A stretch of DNA of 64,000 nt from an uncultured Bdellovibrionales bacterium (GTDB lineage: Bacteria > Patescibacteriota > Minisyncoccia > Moranbacterales > GWC2-37-73): positions 7,010 through 71,009 of the forward strand of contig CAZCMV010000004.1 of the NCBI GenBank assembly GCA_964500125.1, read 5' to 3'. A program made the position numbers and the translations under genes. This document shows positions 22,455 through 31,476 of this stretch, in pieces. The stretch's first letter is position 1; every line of letters starts with the position of its first letter. The notes under the pieces are model-generated. The model did not search any database, had not been told where the DNA came from, and saw nothing but the letters and a program-made list of their open reading frames with translations.

Positions 22455-23273
22455 CTATCTTGCAAAGTACATGATCAAAATAATGGCAGCCAAAATAAGG
22501 CGATACCAGAAGAATGGTGCATAGCCGACTTTCTGGATGAATCGCAGCATGAATTTAATCGCCAAATAACCACTGATTGCCGCAGCCAAAATACCAAAAA
22601 TCATAGCGCCACTAATTCCATCTCTAAATAATTCTGGCAATTTTACCAATGCTGCACCGAATATTATCGGCGTGGAAAGTAAAAAAGAAAATCTGGCCGC
22701 AGTCTCGCGTGAAAGACCAAGTGCAAGCCCCATAGTCATTGTCGCACCACTTCTGGACACTCCGGGAATAACAGCACTTGCTTGCGAAAGCCCAATCAAC
22801 AAAGAATCTCTATAATTTATTTGTCCGATGGTTTTTTTGTGAACCGCATAGCGATCAACAAGATACAAAACCAAGCCGACGATACTCAAAGTGCCAGCAA
22901 TTATGAGTGGACTACGAAGTGTCGTCTCAGCTGCGTCTTCCAAAAGATAACCGATCACCGCCCCCGGCACTGATGCCACCACCAAAAGCCACAGCAAACT
23001 TTTCGGATAGCCCAAACTATCAGTCTTATTCGTCCTATTAGTCCTATCCGAAATTCTACCAAATGCTGCTGCAAAAATTTCCACCCAATCACGCCAAAAG
23101 TAAGCAATGACAGCTACCAGCGTTCCGAGATGCAGTGCCACATCAAAAGAAAGCCCCGGATCCTGCCAACCCGTAAAATATGGCACCAAAACCAAATGTG
23201 CCGTCGATGAAATCGGCAAAAATTCCCCCAACCCCTGCACTATTCCCAAAACAATTGCTTGCAAAATATCCAT
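22455..23273 (-). CDS. uppP: Undecaprenyl-diphosphatase
   Basis: QGLGEFLPISSTAH, PGVSRSG, AARFSFLL. Confidence 0.96.
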   Translation of the reverse strand: MDILQAIVLGIVQGLGEFLPISSTAHLVLVPYFTGWQDPGLSFDVALHLGTLVAVIAYFWRDWVEIFAAAFGRISDRTNRTNKTDSLGYPKSLLWLLVVASVPGAVIGYLLEDAAETTLRSPLIIAGTLSIVGLVLYLVDRYAVHKKTIGQINYRDSLLIGLSQASAVIPGVSRSGATMTMGLALGLSRETAARFSFLLSTPIIFGAALVKLPELFRDGISGAMIFGILAAAISGYLAIKFMLRFIQKVGYAPFFWYRLILAAIILIMYFAR

Positions 23274-23315
23274 AAAAAAATAAATTAGATTGTTATATGT
23301 TTTATGTTACATGAT

Positions 23316-24020
23316 TTATAGTTTCTTTCCAATTAAAATAATATTTCTTTCGCCGACAACTTCACATTTTTCAATCTCAAATCCCGCACTTTCAAAAAGT
23401 TTTTTTAGTTCCCTTCTTGTAAACGCGTGATGAAATCGCTGAAACACTTTCCCTTGATTGTCAGTAAACGAAATCATGCAATCATTCACTTCTAATTCAC
23501 TCCCGCCTTTTATCTTTTTAATCCAGTTTTTTAGAATGTTTTTGAAATATTTTTTTTGCCATAAATACCAAACCGTAATTACCACATGTCCACTTGGCTT
23601 CGTAACTCGATAAAGTTCCTTTGCCATTTTTTCGCGATATTCTTTTGACGGAAAATGATGAAAAACGGCAATAGAGCATATAGTATTAAAAAATCCGGAT
23701 TCGAATGGTATAGCATTTTGAACGGGATTAAGCTTGGAAAATTTAATATTTTCACCAACATATTTATTTTTCGCAATATCTATGAGTTTTGCAGAAACAT
23801 CTGCGCCATAATATTCCAAATTTTTCACGTCTCCAATAAGTTCCAGCAGTCTGCCGTTGCCGCAACCGAAATCAAAAACTGTGTCGCCCTCTCGCACATA
23901 GTCTTTCAGGAATTCCAACCCACGCCAAAAATGTTTTCGCGTTTGGGAAAACTTTTGGGCAATGCTGTCATAACCAACCTCCGTATCGTGTAAAATTTTT
24001 TCCGTAATTTTCTTTTTCAT
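23316..24020 (-). CDS. Class I SAM-dependent methyltransferase
   Basis: FDFGCGNGR, IAVFHH; start moved to MKKKITE. Confidence 0.88.
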   Translation of the reverse strand: MKKKITEKILHDTEVGYDSIAQKFSQTRKHFWRGLEFLKDYVREGDTVFDFGCGNGRLLELIGDVKNLEYYGADVSAKLIDIAKNKYVGENIKFSKLNPVQNAIPFESGFFNTICSIAVFHHFPSKEYREKMAKELYRVTKPSGHVVITVWYLWQKKYFKNILKNWIKKIKGGSELEVNDCMISFTDNQGKVFQRFHHAFTRRELKKLFESAGFEIEKCEVVGERNIILIGKKL

Positions 24021-24046
24021 ATCACAATAAATATAACACGTATGAA

Positions 24047-24104
24047 ACATAAACCGAAGGCTCAACCTTCGGTTTATGTGTTTCCGAAGATTTGCCCTTC
24101 GGAA
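24047..24104. repeat. Tandem CCGAAG...CTTCGG palindromes (REP-like, possibly terminator)
   Basis: Perfect 14-bp stem acataaaccgaagg/ccttcggtttatgt, then ttccgaag/cttcggaa. Confidence 0.7.
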
Positions 24105-24122
24105 TATTTTCAGAAAGCCTCC

Positions 24123-25025
24123 CTATTCCACAACCTCAACACAAAGTATTGGATTGGAAACACAACAAGAAGGATTGTTACAATCGTCATAAATCGTTCC
24201 TCCTGATAAACCTCTTTCATTTAACTTTACAATTCCAGTTCTAGCTCCATGACCGTTCGTTTTATAAGCACCACTTGGTTCAGGCACACAACTATGAGTC
24301 ACACTAGGAATACCACTACCCACCCTATTTATATATGGTCCAGTATCACTAGTCCAGTTAGAACAATTATCAAGTCCATTGCTCCATACACGATCCGAAC
24401 AACGGCTAGCATTAGGTATAACACCAAAATATTCAACTCCAGGAACACCCCAAGACGCTGCCGTAACTGCCGCATATTTCCTTCCATCAATTCTATTGGC
24501 ATCCTTATTGCATTTATCAGACATTCCTTCAGCACCACCCATTTTGCCATTATATGTTGCTGCAGAGATGAAGAAATGTTTTTTTCCAGGTTCCCATGTA
24601 TCGACGCATTTCCAAGCTCCGTCTTTCTTTTTCAGATATTGCCCATCCTTGCAATCAGGCAAGCTACCTCCGCTGATCTGACTTATCCATTTTCCAGTAC
24701 TGCGGACGTATACATCATTAACATCCACATTTCCCGTCTTGTCATTTGGAGCGGGTGTTTTGGGCGAAAGAGTGCCGATACCCATATTGCCGAATTGTAT
24801 CAACAAACCATTCTTTGCACCTGCCGTGTTCAACAAAAGTCCGCCTTCTTTGGCCTGGCCCATTGTGCCCGTATTAAGCGGTGCTCCTAAATTGTCATCC
24901 GGGGGAGTAAACGAGGGTTCAGTCCACGCGCTGACAAACTGCAATGATAAACCAATTATTGTCCCTAATAAAATAGTTTTTCCCCAATAGGCAATTTTTT
25001 TTACATTTTTCATTTTATTGATCAT
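24123..25025 (-). CDS. Secreted Cys-rich protein with DUF1554-like (C-type lectin fold) C-terminus
   Basis: Signal peptide, AWTEP..PP..N..APLN motif, FISAATYNGKMGG..DKC, CSNWTS, ILCVE. Confidence 0.6.
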   Translation of the reverse strand: MINKMKNVKKIAYWGKTILLGTIIGLSLQFVSAWTEPSFTPPDDNLGAPLNTGTMGQAKEGGLLLNTAGAKNGLLIQFGNMGIGTLSPKTPAPNDKTGNVDVNDVYVRSTGKWISQISGGSLPDCKDGQYLKKKDGAWKCVDTWEPGKKHFFISAATYNGKMGGAEGMSDKCNKDANRIDGRKYAAVTAASWGVPGVEYFGVIPNASRCSDRVWSNGLDNCSNWTSDTGPYINRVGSGIPSVTHSCVPEPSGAYKTNGHGARTGIVKLNERGLSGGTIYDDCNNPSCCVSNPILCVEVVE

Positions 25026-25036
25026 TATTCCCCTAA

Positions 25037-25357
25037 TTAATTAGCTGAAATAGAATCCAAAACTTCCTTTTTGGGAGCGCTTTTTTCTTTCACCGGAGGT
25101 GCGGTAACAGATTGAACAACATCTTCAGGCACCGGAGAAAAATTTTCTTTTTCTTCACTCGTCTCTTTTGCAGGAACGGTTATTGATTCTATTGCCTCTT
25201 CGCGAGTTATTTCTTCATTCACATTATTTTGAACCGTACTTTCATTATCCTCTTTGTTCAAAAAAAAGAAAACAACCATGAAAGTTGCTCCAAAGACGAT
25301 TGCAAGTATTGCTAACAATAATATTAATTTTCTATTTTTGTTTATAATACTTTCCAT
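25037..25357 (-). CDS. Single-TM hypothetical protein
   Basis: 106-aa ORF with N-terminal TM. Confidence 0.65.
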   Translation of the reverse strand: MESIINKNRKLILLLAILAIVFGATFMVVFFFLNKEDNESTVQNNVNEEITREEAIESITVPAKETSEEKENFSPVPEDVVQSVTAPPVKEKSAPKKEVLDSISAN

Positions 25358-25501
25358 TTTTGTTTTTTATTTTTTATAAAGTCACTTTAATTCCATTTTA
25401 CCCCCACTTGGTCTTATGTCAAATGGTTAATTCGGCTGAAATCCAAGATTAATCCCTTGGGAGTCTTGCTTATTATCACATGAAGTATTAGGCTTGAGTA
25501 T

Positions 25502-27106
25502 ATGGAAAATTTATATGACAACTATATTATCTCTGCAATCAACGAGATTCCTGCAACCCAAGAAGAATTTTTGCAACTTAAAAAAGCTCTTTCCAAAAGA
25601 TATAAGCTGCCAATTCCTACTAATGCCGACCTCCGAGACAGATATAACGCCTTGGTGACGGAGAAAAAAATAGAACCAAACACTGCTTTTGAAAAAATCT
25701 TGCGCACACGTGGCATCAGAACACAATCCGGCGTAGCGGTCGTGGCGGTACTCACTAAATCATATCCCTGCCCGGGAAATTGTCTTTATTGTCCCACGGA
25801 AAAAGACATGCCCAAAAGTTATCTTTCCAATGAACCGGCAGTGATGCGTGCCATTGATGCTAAATTTGATCCCTACAGGCAAGTGCAAAACCGCTTGCGT
25901 TCACTTGAACTAAACGGCCATGCAACTGACAAAATCGAGCTCATTGTAATGGGCGGCACTTTTTCCTATTTGCCGAAAGCATACCAGAAAAAATTCATCA
26001 CGGAGTGTTTTAGAGCAGCAAATGATTACGGAATCGTTCATAATGTTCGTAAAGTTCATAACGTAAAACAAACAGCTGATGAAAAATTGCAATTCGAGCA
26101 AAAAAGAAATGAGAAAACAAAGCACAGAATTGTGGGACTCACTTTGGAAACACGCCCAGACTATATCGACGAAAAAGAAATCATCAATTTTAGATATTTA
26201 GGTTGCACCCGCGTGGAATTGGGTGTTCAGAACCTAAATGATGACATTTTGAGGCTTAATCGCCGCGGACATCTTGTCCAAAGCACCATTAAAGCTACAA
26301 AAATGCTCAAAGATGCCGGTTTCAAGATTAACTATCACATGATGCCGGGTCTTCTTGGAAGCACCTTGGGGCGCGATTTTGACATGTTTAAAGAGCTTTT
26401 TACAAGCCCGGATTTCCAGCCTGATATGCTCAAAATTTATCCGACTGTGGTTTTGAAAGATAGCGATCTATACGACTTATGGAAGGAAGGAAAATACAAA
26501 CCACTTTCTGACAAGCAATTTGAAAAACTTGCATTGAAAATAAAAAATGAAGCAATCCCGCCATATGTGCGCATTGCCAGACTTGTGCGCGATGTGCCCA
26601 CAAACTCCATTGAAGCCGGCCCCATTGTTTCCAATTTGCGACAAATAATCGCGCATCGTTCCCAGTGCCCTTGCATCCGCTGTCGCGAGGTTCGCGAAGA
26701 TTACGAAATTCGTGAAAAAATTATTTTAGATCGTATAGATTACAACGCTTCCGACGGTAAGGAGATATTTTTGCAATATGTCTCGCCGGATAAGAAAAAG
26801 TTATTTGCATTGTTGAGATTGCGTATATCAACTGGGAATTCGACTCCCATTATACCTGTTCTCCAAAACGCCGCAATCATCCGTGAAGTGCACACCTACG
26901 GTAAACTTGCCAAAATAGGTTTGTCCGACAAAAATTCGCCTCAACATATCGGCCTTGGCAAAAAACTACTCAAAGAAGCCGAGCGCATCGTTAAAGAAGA
27001 ATTCGGCTTCAAAAAAATTGTAGTAATTTCCGGAGTCGGCGTACGGGATTATTATCGAAAGAATGGATACAAACTTAGAGATACGTACATGTACAAAAGT
27101 TTATAA
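25502..27106 (+). CDS. elp3: Elp3-like radical SAM/acetyltransferase (tRNA U34 modification)
   Basis: CPGNCLYC, ETRPD, VELGVQ, REVHTYG, QHIGLG. Confidence 0.93.
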   Translation: MENLYDNYIISAINEIPATQEEFLQLKKALSKRYKLPIPTNADLRDRYNALVTEKKIEPNTAFEKILRTRGIRTQSGVAVVAVLTKSYPCPGNCLYCPTEKDMPKSYLSNEPAVMRAIDAKFDPYRQVQNRLRSLELNGHATDKIELIVMGGTFSYLPKAYQKKFITECFRAANDYGIVHNVRKVHNVKQTADEKLQFEQKRNEKTKHRIVGLTLETRPDYIDEKEIINFRYLGCTRVELGVQNLNDDILRLNRRGHLVQSTIKATKMLKDAGFKINYHMMPGLLGSTLGRDFDMFKELFTSPDFQPDMLKIYPTVVLKDSDLYDLWKEGKYKPLSDKQFEKLALKIKNEAIPPYVRIARLVRDVPTNSIEAGPIVSNLRQIIAHRSQCPCIRCREVREDYEIREKIILDRIDYNASDGKEIFLQYVSPDKKKLFALLRLRISTGNSTPIIPVLQNAAIIREVHTYGKLAKIGLSDKNSPQHIGLGKKLLKEAERIVKEEFGFKKIVVISGVGVRDYYRKNGYKLRDTYMYKSL

Positions 27107-27135
27107 AGTTAGAAAGTTCATAACGTTTATAAAGT
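27096..27135 (+). repeat. Nonamer repeat arm overlapping the Elp3 stop
   Basis: aaagtttataaagttagaaagttcataacgtttataaagt. Confidence 0.8.
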
Positions 27136-27155
27136 AATTCGTTATCCATAATCAT

Positions 27156-27551
27156 ATGAACAAAATCATCATCGCCTCTGGGCCTGTTATTGTTGAAGAC
27201 AACAAAGTTCTTCTTGATATTTCCGGAGAAGATAATTTTTGGAAGTTTTGCGGCGGACGCGTTCGTGAAGATGAAACACTAGTGCAAACAACAGCACGAA
27301 GAGCAAACGAGGAACTCGGAATTAACATTGAAATCACAGACAATGAACCACTTTTGCTTTATACAAAAAAGAAAAAAGATAATAATACTTCTGATGTTAT
27401 TCTTGCTCATTTTCTGGCCAAACGCATCGGTGAAATTATGCCTGGCGAAGATATTCGCGAGTGGAAATGGATTGCACTTGAAGAATTATCCAGTGAAAAC
27501 CTAGCACCTAACATCATCCCCACACTCAAACACTTCGGATTTATTAACTAG
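27156..27551 (+). CDS. NUDIX hydrolase
   Basis: GGRVREDETLVQTTARRANEELGI Nudix-box variant. Confidence 0.85.
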   Translation: MNKIIIASGPVIVEDNKVLLDISGEDNFWKFCGGRVREDETLVQTTARRANEELGINIEITDNEPLLLYTKKKKDNNTSDVILAHFLAKRIGEIMPGEDIREWKWIALEELSSENLAPNIIPTLKHFGFIN

Positions 27552-27605
27552 CTTTCGAATTAAAAACAGGAGTAGGTTTAAAACCTGCTCCTTTTAATTT
27601 CCACG

Positions 27606-27635
27606 CTAAAATATTTTGCCAGCTAACTGTCCACA
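27606..27635 (-). other. Orphan duplicate of rlmN 3' end (CGQLAGKIF*)
   Basis: TGTGGACAGTTAGCTGGCAAA vs TGCGGACAATTGGCTGGAAAA in rlmN; synonymous differences only. Confidence 0.8.
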
Positions 27636-27642
27636 AAAAAAA

Positions 27643-27720
27643 CTTACTTCCATATATTAAAATATGGAAGTAAGCAAAGGAGTTCTATACTAAATACTAA
27701 AATACAAGATACTAAATACT
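27643..27720. repeat. Palindrome cttacttccatat/atatggaagtaag plus ATACTAA heptamer arm
   Basis: Direct reading. Confidence 0.75.
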
Positions 27721-28771
27721 ATTTTCCAGCCAATTGTCCGCACGCTCCCTTGATCTCATCGCCAAGTGATTTGCGTATTGTGGCATGAATGCCAAGCTTT
27801 TCAAGTCCATTCTTGAATCGCGTAGTATTATCTCTCGTAGAAGGTTTCAGATCCTCGGAAGTCGTGTTGTAGCGAATAAGATTAACATGTAGCAAATGCT
27901 TATTTCCAATCGATTTAATATATTCCGCAAGCTGTCTTACGTCCAATGCCCCGTCATTGATACCATCAAGCATGATATATTCCAAAAAAACTTTTCTTTT
28001 GGTGATTTGAAAATATTCTTGCAAAGCTTTTTTCAGTGCGGACATATCATCTTTCAAATTCGCCGGCATGAAGCGGCTGCGTTTTTCATCATTGGCAAAA
28101 TGAAGTGATAGTGCCAAATTCACTTGGGGAAATTCTTTGGCCATACGCACAATCCCCTCAGCAATTCCAGAAGTGGAAACGGAAAGACTGCGCGAACCGA
28201 AACCGAACAAATCTTTGTCCGTAAGAATTTTGATGCTTTCGGAAACATTTTGCCAATTATTGAACGGTTCCCCCATGCCCATATAGACGATGTTTCCTAC
28301 GGAAATATTGGAATTTTGAATTTTGAATTTTGAATTTTGAAAATTATTTTTTAAATACTGTTTCCAAAATAATATTTGGTCGGTTATTTCTTCGGCGGTT
28401 AAATTTCGTTTGAAGCCCATTTTTCCTGTGGCGCAAAATTTGCAACCCATCTGGCAACCGACTTGGCACGAAATGCATGCCGACCATGTACCAGGTTTGG
28501 GCGAAATCAAAACTGTTTCAATCGGGCTGCCATCGTGCAATTTCAACAATGCTTTAATAGATTGTCCATCTCTGGCTTCCAAAACTTGCTCTACCTCGAA
28601 AGAGAGGGTGTTTAAATTATTTTCCAATATTCCCCGCAAATCCTTGGGAATTGTAGTTATTTCCGAAAACGACAAAACGCCATCTTGAAAGACGGCTTTT
28701 CTTATTTGCGCCAAGCGAAATTTCGGCAAATTATTTCCAGCCAAAAATTCTTCCAACTTTTTTATATCCAT
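27719..28771 (-). CDS. rlmN: Dual-specificity RNA methyltransferase RlmN
   Basis: CQMGCKFC, MGMGEP, ACGQL. Confidence 0.96.
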   Translation of the reverse strand: MDIKKLEEFLAGNNLPKFRLAQIRKAVFQDGVLSFSEITTIPKDLRGILENNLNTLSFEVEQVLEARDGQSIKALLKLHDGSPIETVLISPKPGTWSACISCQVGCQMGCKFCATGKMGFKRNLTAEEITDQILFWKQYLKNNFQNSKFKIQNSNISVGNIVYMGMGEPFNNWQNVSESIKILTDKDLFGFGSRSLSVSTSGIAEGIVRMAKEFPQVNLALSLHFANDEKRSRFMPANLKDDMSALKKALQEYFQITKRKVFLEYIMLDGINDGALDVRQLAEYIKSIGNKHLLHVNLIRYNTTSEDLKPSTRDNTTRFKNGLEKLGIHATIRKSLGDEIKGACGQLAGK

Positions 28772-28772
28772 A

Positions 28773-29420
28773 CTACTTTAAGATTTTGATTATTTTTCCA
28801 ACTTCTTTCAGACTATGCGCCTCGAAATCACACCACTGATCTTTTTTCATTTCTTGATATCTGCCATCCGGACGTTTAAGCAGGATTGTCACAATATTCG
28901 AAAATTTTTTCTTAACCTCTCTAATATTTTCAGAGCGATCATCGATAAAAATTATTTTGCTTTTATTTTTATGTCCAGAAATTATTTTTTCGATTATTTT
29001 GGCTTTGGATTCTTGGACCACATGAACGTTTTTTATAAATTCATGGATATTTGTATTTTTTATTTTAACGCCCTGGAAACGTTCATTGCCATATGAAACA
29101 ATGTGAATGGGAAAATTATGAAATTCGGATAAAAACCATGCCGAATCTTCAAATAAATATTTTTTTGTATTTTTCTCAAAACTGAGAATTGCTGCTTTTA
29201 ATTCTTCTTTATTCTCTGGCTTTGGAAAATCAATACGCTCAATTTGTTCCAAAGGATCATATGTACGCAATTTCCCATCTTTGCTAAAAACTGGATAATC
29301 AAGATAACTATCTTCAAACTCCTTTTTGCCAACTCCGCATCCAAAAAAGACTTTTTTCAGGTCTTCCTTGAGTTTCTTGGTATTGAAAATGACATCATCA
29401 AAATCTATGAGAATTATCAT
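28773..29420 (-). CDS. HAD family hydrolase
   Basis: DFDDVIF, IFIDD. Confidence 0.85.
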   Translation of the reverse strand: MIILIDFDDVIFNTKKLKEDLKKVFFGCGVGKKEFEDSYLDYPVFSKDGKLRTYDPLEQIERIDFPKPENKEELKAAILSFEKNTKKYLFEDSAWFLSEFHNFPIHIVSYGNERFQGVKIKNTNIHEFIKNVHVVQESKAKIIEKIISGHKNKSKIIFIDDRSENIREVKKKFSNIVTILLKRPDGRYQEMKKDQWCDFEAHSLKEVGKIIKILK

Positions 29421-29962
29421 ATAAAAATATTCATCAAAAATAAAGCAACCGACGCATAAACTATTCCCAGGATAATGCCCGCAATAATATCACTAGGGTA
29501 ATGCATACCGTTATGCAAACGAGCAAACCCGACGATCAAAGCTATCAAAATTGCCAGTATAATAAACGACGGATAAAAAAACACTAGTGTAGACAGGATA
29601 GCCACGGTGCTTGCCACATGACTGGACGGAAAGGAGGAATCGGAAAATTTGCCACCTATCGGTTTTATTTCCTCGGGATGAGCAACATATGGCCGCTGAC
29701 GAAACAAACCTATTTTTTTGCCTCCTATTTTCAAAATACCCTCGCTTATGACGAAATGGAGAATAATTGCGACTGCCGTAACAGAAAATAATTTCACGCC
29801 GTTTTTTTCGTCCAGCAAGGATATTGCAAGCACCAAAAAAAACGATCCGAAAACTGAAAGTGGCACCCAGCTTATTGCTTTAGTAATTGGATCAATTGCC
29901 GGACTCAAAAAAGAGTTGCATTTTTTGGTTACAATAAAATCAAAAGATTTACTAGAATTCAT
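29417..29962 (-). CDS. PAP2 family phosphatase
   Basis: RQRP, SFPSSH, ARLHNGMHYPSD; start uncertain (29962 or 30022). Confidence 0.88.
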   Translation of the reverse strand: MNSSKSFDFIVTKKCNSFLSPAIDPITKAISWVPLSVFGSFFLVLAISLLDEKNGVKLFSVTAVAIILHFVISEGILKIGGKKIGLFRQRPYVAHPEEIKPIGGKFSDSSFPSSHVASTVAILSTLVFFYPSFIILAILIALIVGFARLHNGMHYPSDIIAGIILGIVYASVALFLMNIFI

Positions 29963-31395
29963 AAAAATAGAAATATTATCGAAGCAATTACCGCAACAAT
30001 CATAAATATTACTGCAAGCCATCCAAAAACAAAGGTAAATTTGGAATGAGTTTCGCGTCCCATTATTTTCTTGTCATTGCCTATTCTCATAATCACAATC
30101 AAAAGAGGAATCGCAATAATACCATTAATAAAAGCAGCCCAATATAAAGCATTGATAGGATTAATATTCAAAAGATTGAACGCCAAACCAAAGATAATGG
30201 AAAATACGATAATCAAATAAAAACCTTTGGCTTGAAAAAATCTAAGTCCCAGACCCTCTTTCCATTTCATAGTTTCAGAAATTGCATAGGCGCTCGCTCC
30301 GGCAAGCACAGGAACCGCAAGTAAACCTGTACCGATAATTCCTGCAGCAAAAAGAATATATGCCCAATCACCCGCCAAAGGACGGAGTGCCATCGCGGCC
30401 TGTTCCGCAGATTGAATTTCCGTAACACCGTTTGCAAACAAAACATTTGCCGTAGTCAATACAATAAAAAAGAAAGCAATATTTGCCAAAAACATGCCCG
30501 TATTAATATCTGTCCGCATTTTTGGAATTCTTTCTAATCTCGCTTTTTTATTATTGTTTCCATGATTCATTCTGCCCTCTTCCACCTCCTCAGAGGTCTG
30601 CCAAAAGAAAAGATAAGGTGTGATTGTTGTTCCAAAAACCGCAATCATGGCGAAAATATATCCCTCATTCCAAGATATTTTCGGGATAAAGGCATATTTT
30701 GCAACCAAAGACCAATCGGGATGAATTATAAAACCAGCGATTATATAAGCAAAAATGGAAATCGTCAGCCATTTCATGATTTTTACGTACACATGGTATT
30801 TGAAGAATATTTCCATCAAGATGATGATCAAAGCAAACAAAATAGCGCCTACATATGGCTCTATATCAGTCAAAAGGGCAAGAGATGCGCCCATTGCTCC
30901 CAAATCAGCACCAATATTGATTACATTCGCAATAACCAAAAGGCTAACCAGGAAAACTACAATACCCTTGGAATATTTTTTAGTAAGAACACCAGCAAGC
31001 CCTTTGTTGGTAACAATCCCGATACGCGCACATGTCTCCTGCACAGCAATCATCACCGGCAAAAGCCAAGCAGCCATCCAAATAATTGCCATTCCGAATT
31101 TAGCACCTACCGAGGAATATGTACCGATGCCAGAAGGATCATCATCTGATGCGCCCGTAATTAGTCCTGGACCAAGTGCGCTTACAAAAAGCCTAGCCTT
31201 CGTCCAAGGATCTTTCAATAATTCTTTCGCCTGTGCAAGTTCGGCATTGGTTATGCTGATTGTTCCATCAATCGCCTTTATTGTTTCAATACCACCCCAA
31301 GAAATCAGTTTTTTTGCCAAAACCAAGGGAATTCCCAATTCCCTGCGAAATTCCGAAATCGTAAACAACTTTTGATTTTTTGTTTCGTTTTGCAT
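29959..31395 (-). CDS. NRAMP-family divalent metal transporter with N-terminal HTH-like extension
   Basis: GASDDDPSGIGTY, GTTITPY, about 11 TMs. Confidence 0.9.
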   Translation of the reverse strand: MQNETKNQKLFTISEFRRELGIPLVLAKKLISWGGIETIKAIDGTISITNAELAQAKELLKDPWTKARLFVSALGPGLITGASDDDPSGIGTYSSVGAKFGMAIIWMAAWLLPVMIAVQETCARIGIVTNKGLAGVLTKKYSKGIVVFLVSLLVIANVINIGADLGAMGASLALLTDIEPYVGAILFALIIILMEIFFKYHVYVKIMKWLTISIFAYIIAGFIIHPDWSLVAKYAFIPKISWNEGYIFAMIAVFGTTITPYLFFWQTSEEVEEGRMNHGNNNKKARLERIPKMRTDINTGMFLANIAFFFIVLTTANVLFANGVTEIQSAEQAAMALRPLAGDWAYILFAAGIIGTGLLAVPVLAGASAYAISETMKWKEGLGLRFFQAKGFYLIIVFSIIFGLAFNLLNINPINALYWAAFINGIIAIPLLIVIMRIGNDKKIMGRETHSKFTFVFGWLAVIFMIVAVIASIIFLFL

Positions 31396-31407
31396 TTTTA
31401 TTCAAAA

Positions 31408-31473
31408 TCCCACAAATTTACAAATAAACTACAAATAAAAATCGCACATTCATAACAATTGGTAATTCGTAGA
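31408..31473. repeat. TACAAAT/ATTCGTA inverted-arm element
   Basis: acaaatttacaaataaactacaaat ... attcata..attggtaattcgtag; similar tract near 20740-20805. Confidence 0.65.
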
Positions 31474-31476
31474 GAA

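Noticed and set aside
21878-22465. 195-aa minus-strand ORF
   Set aside because: Antisense shadow of the plus-strand ORF, which has an SD and terminator
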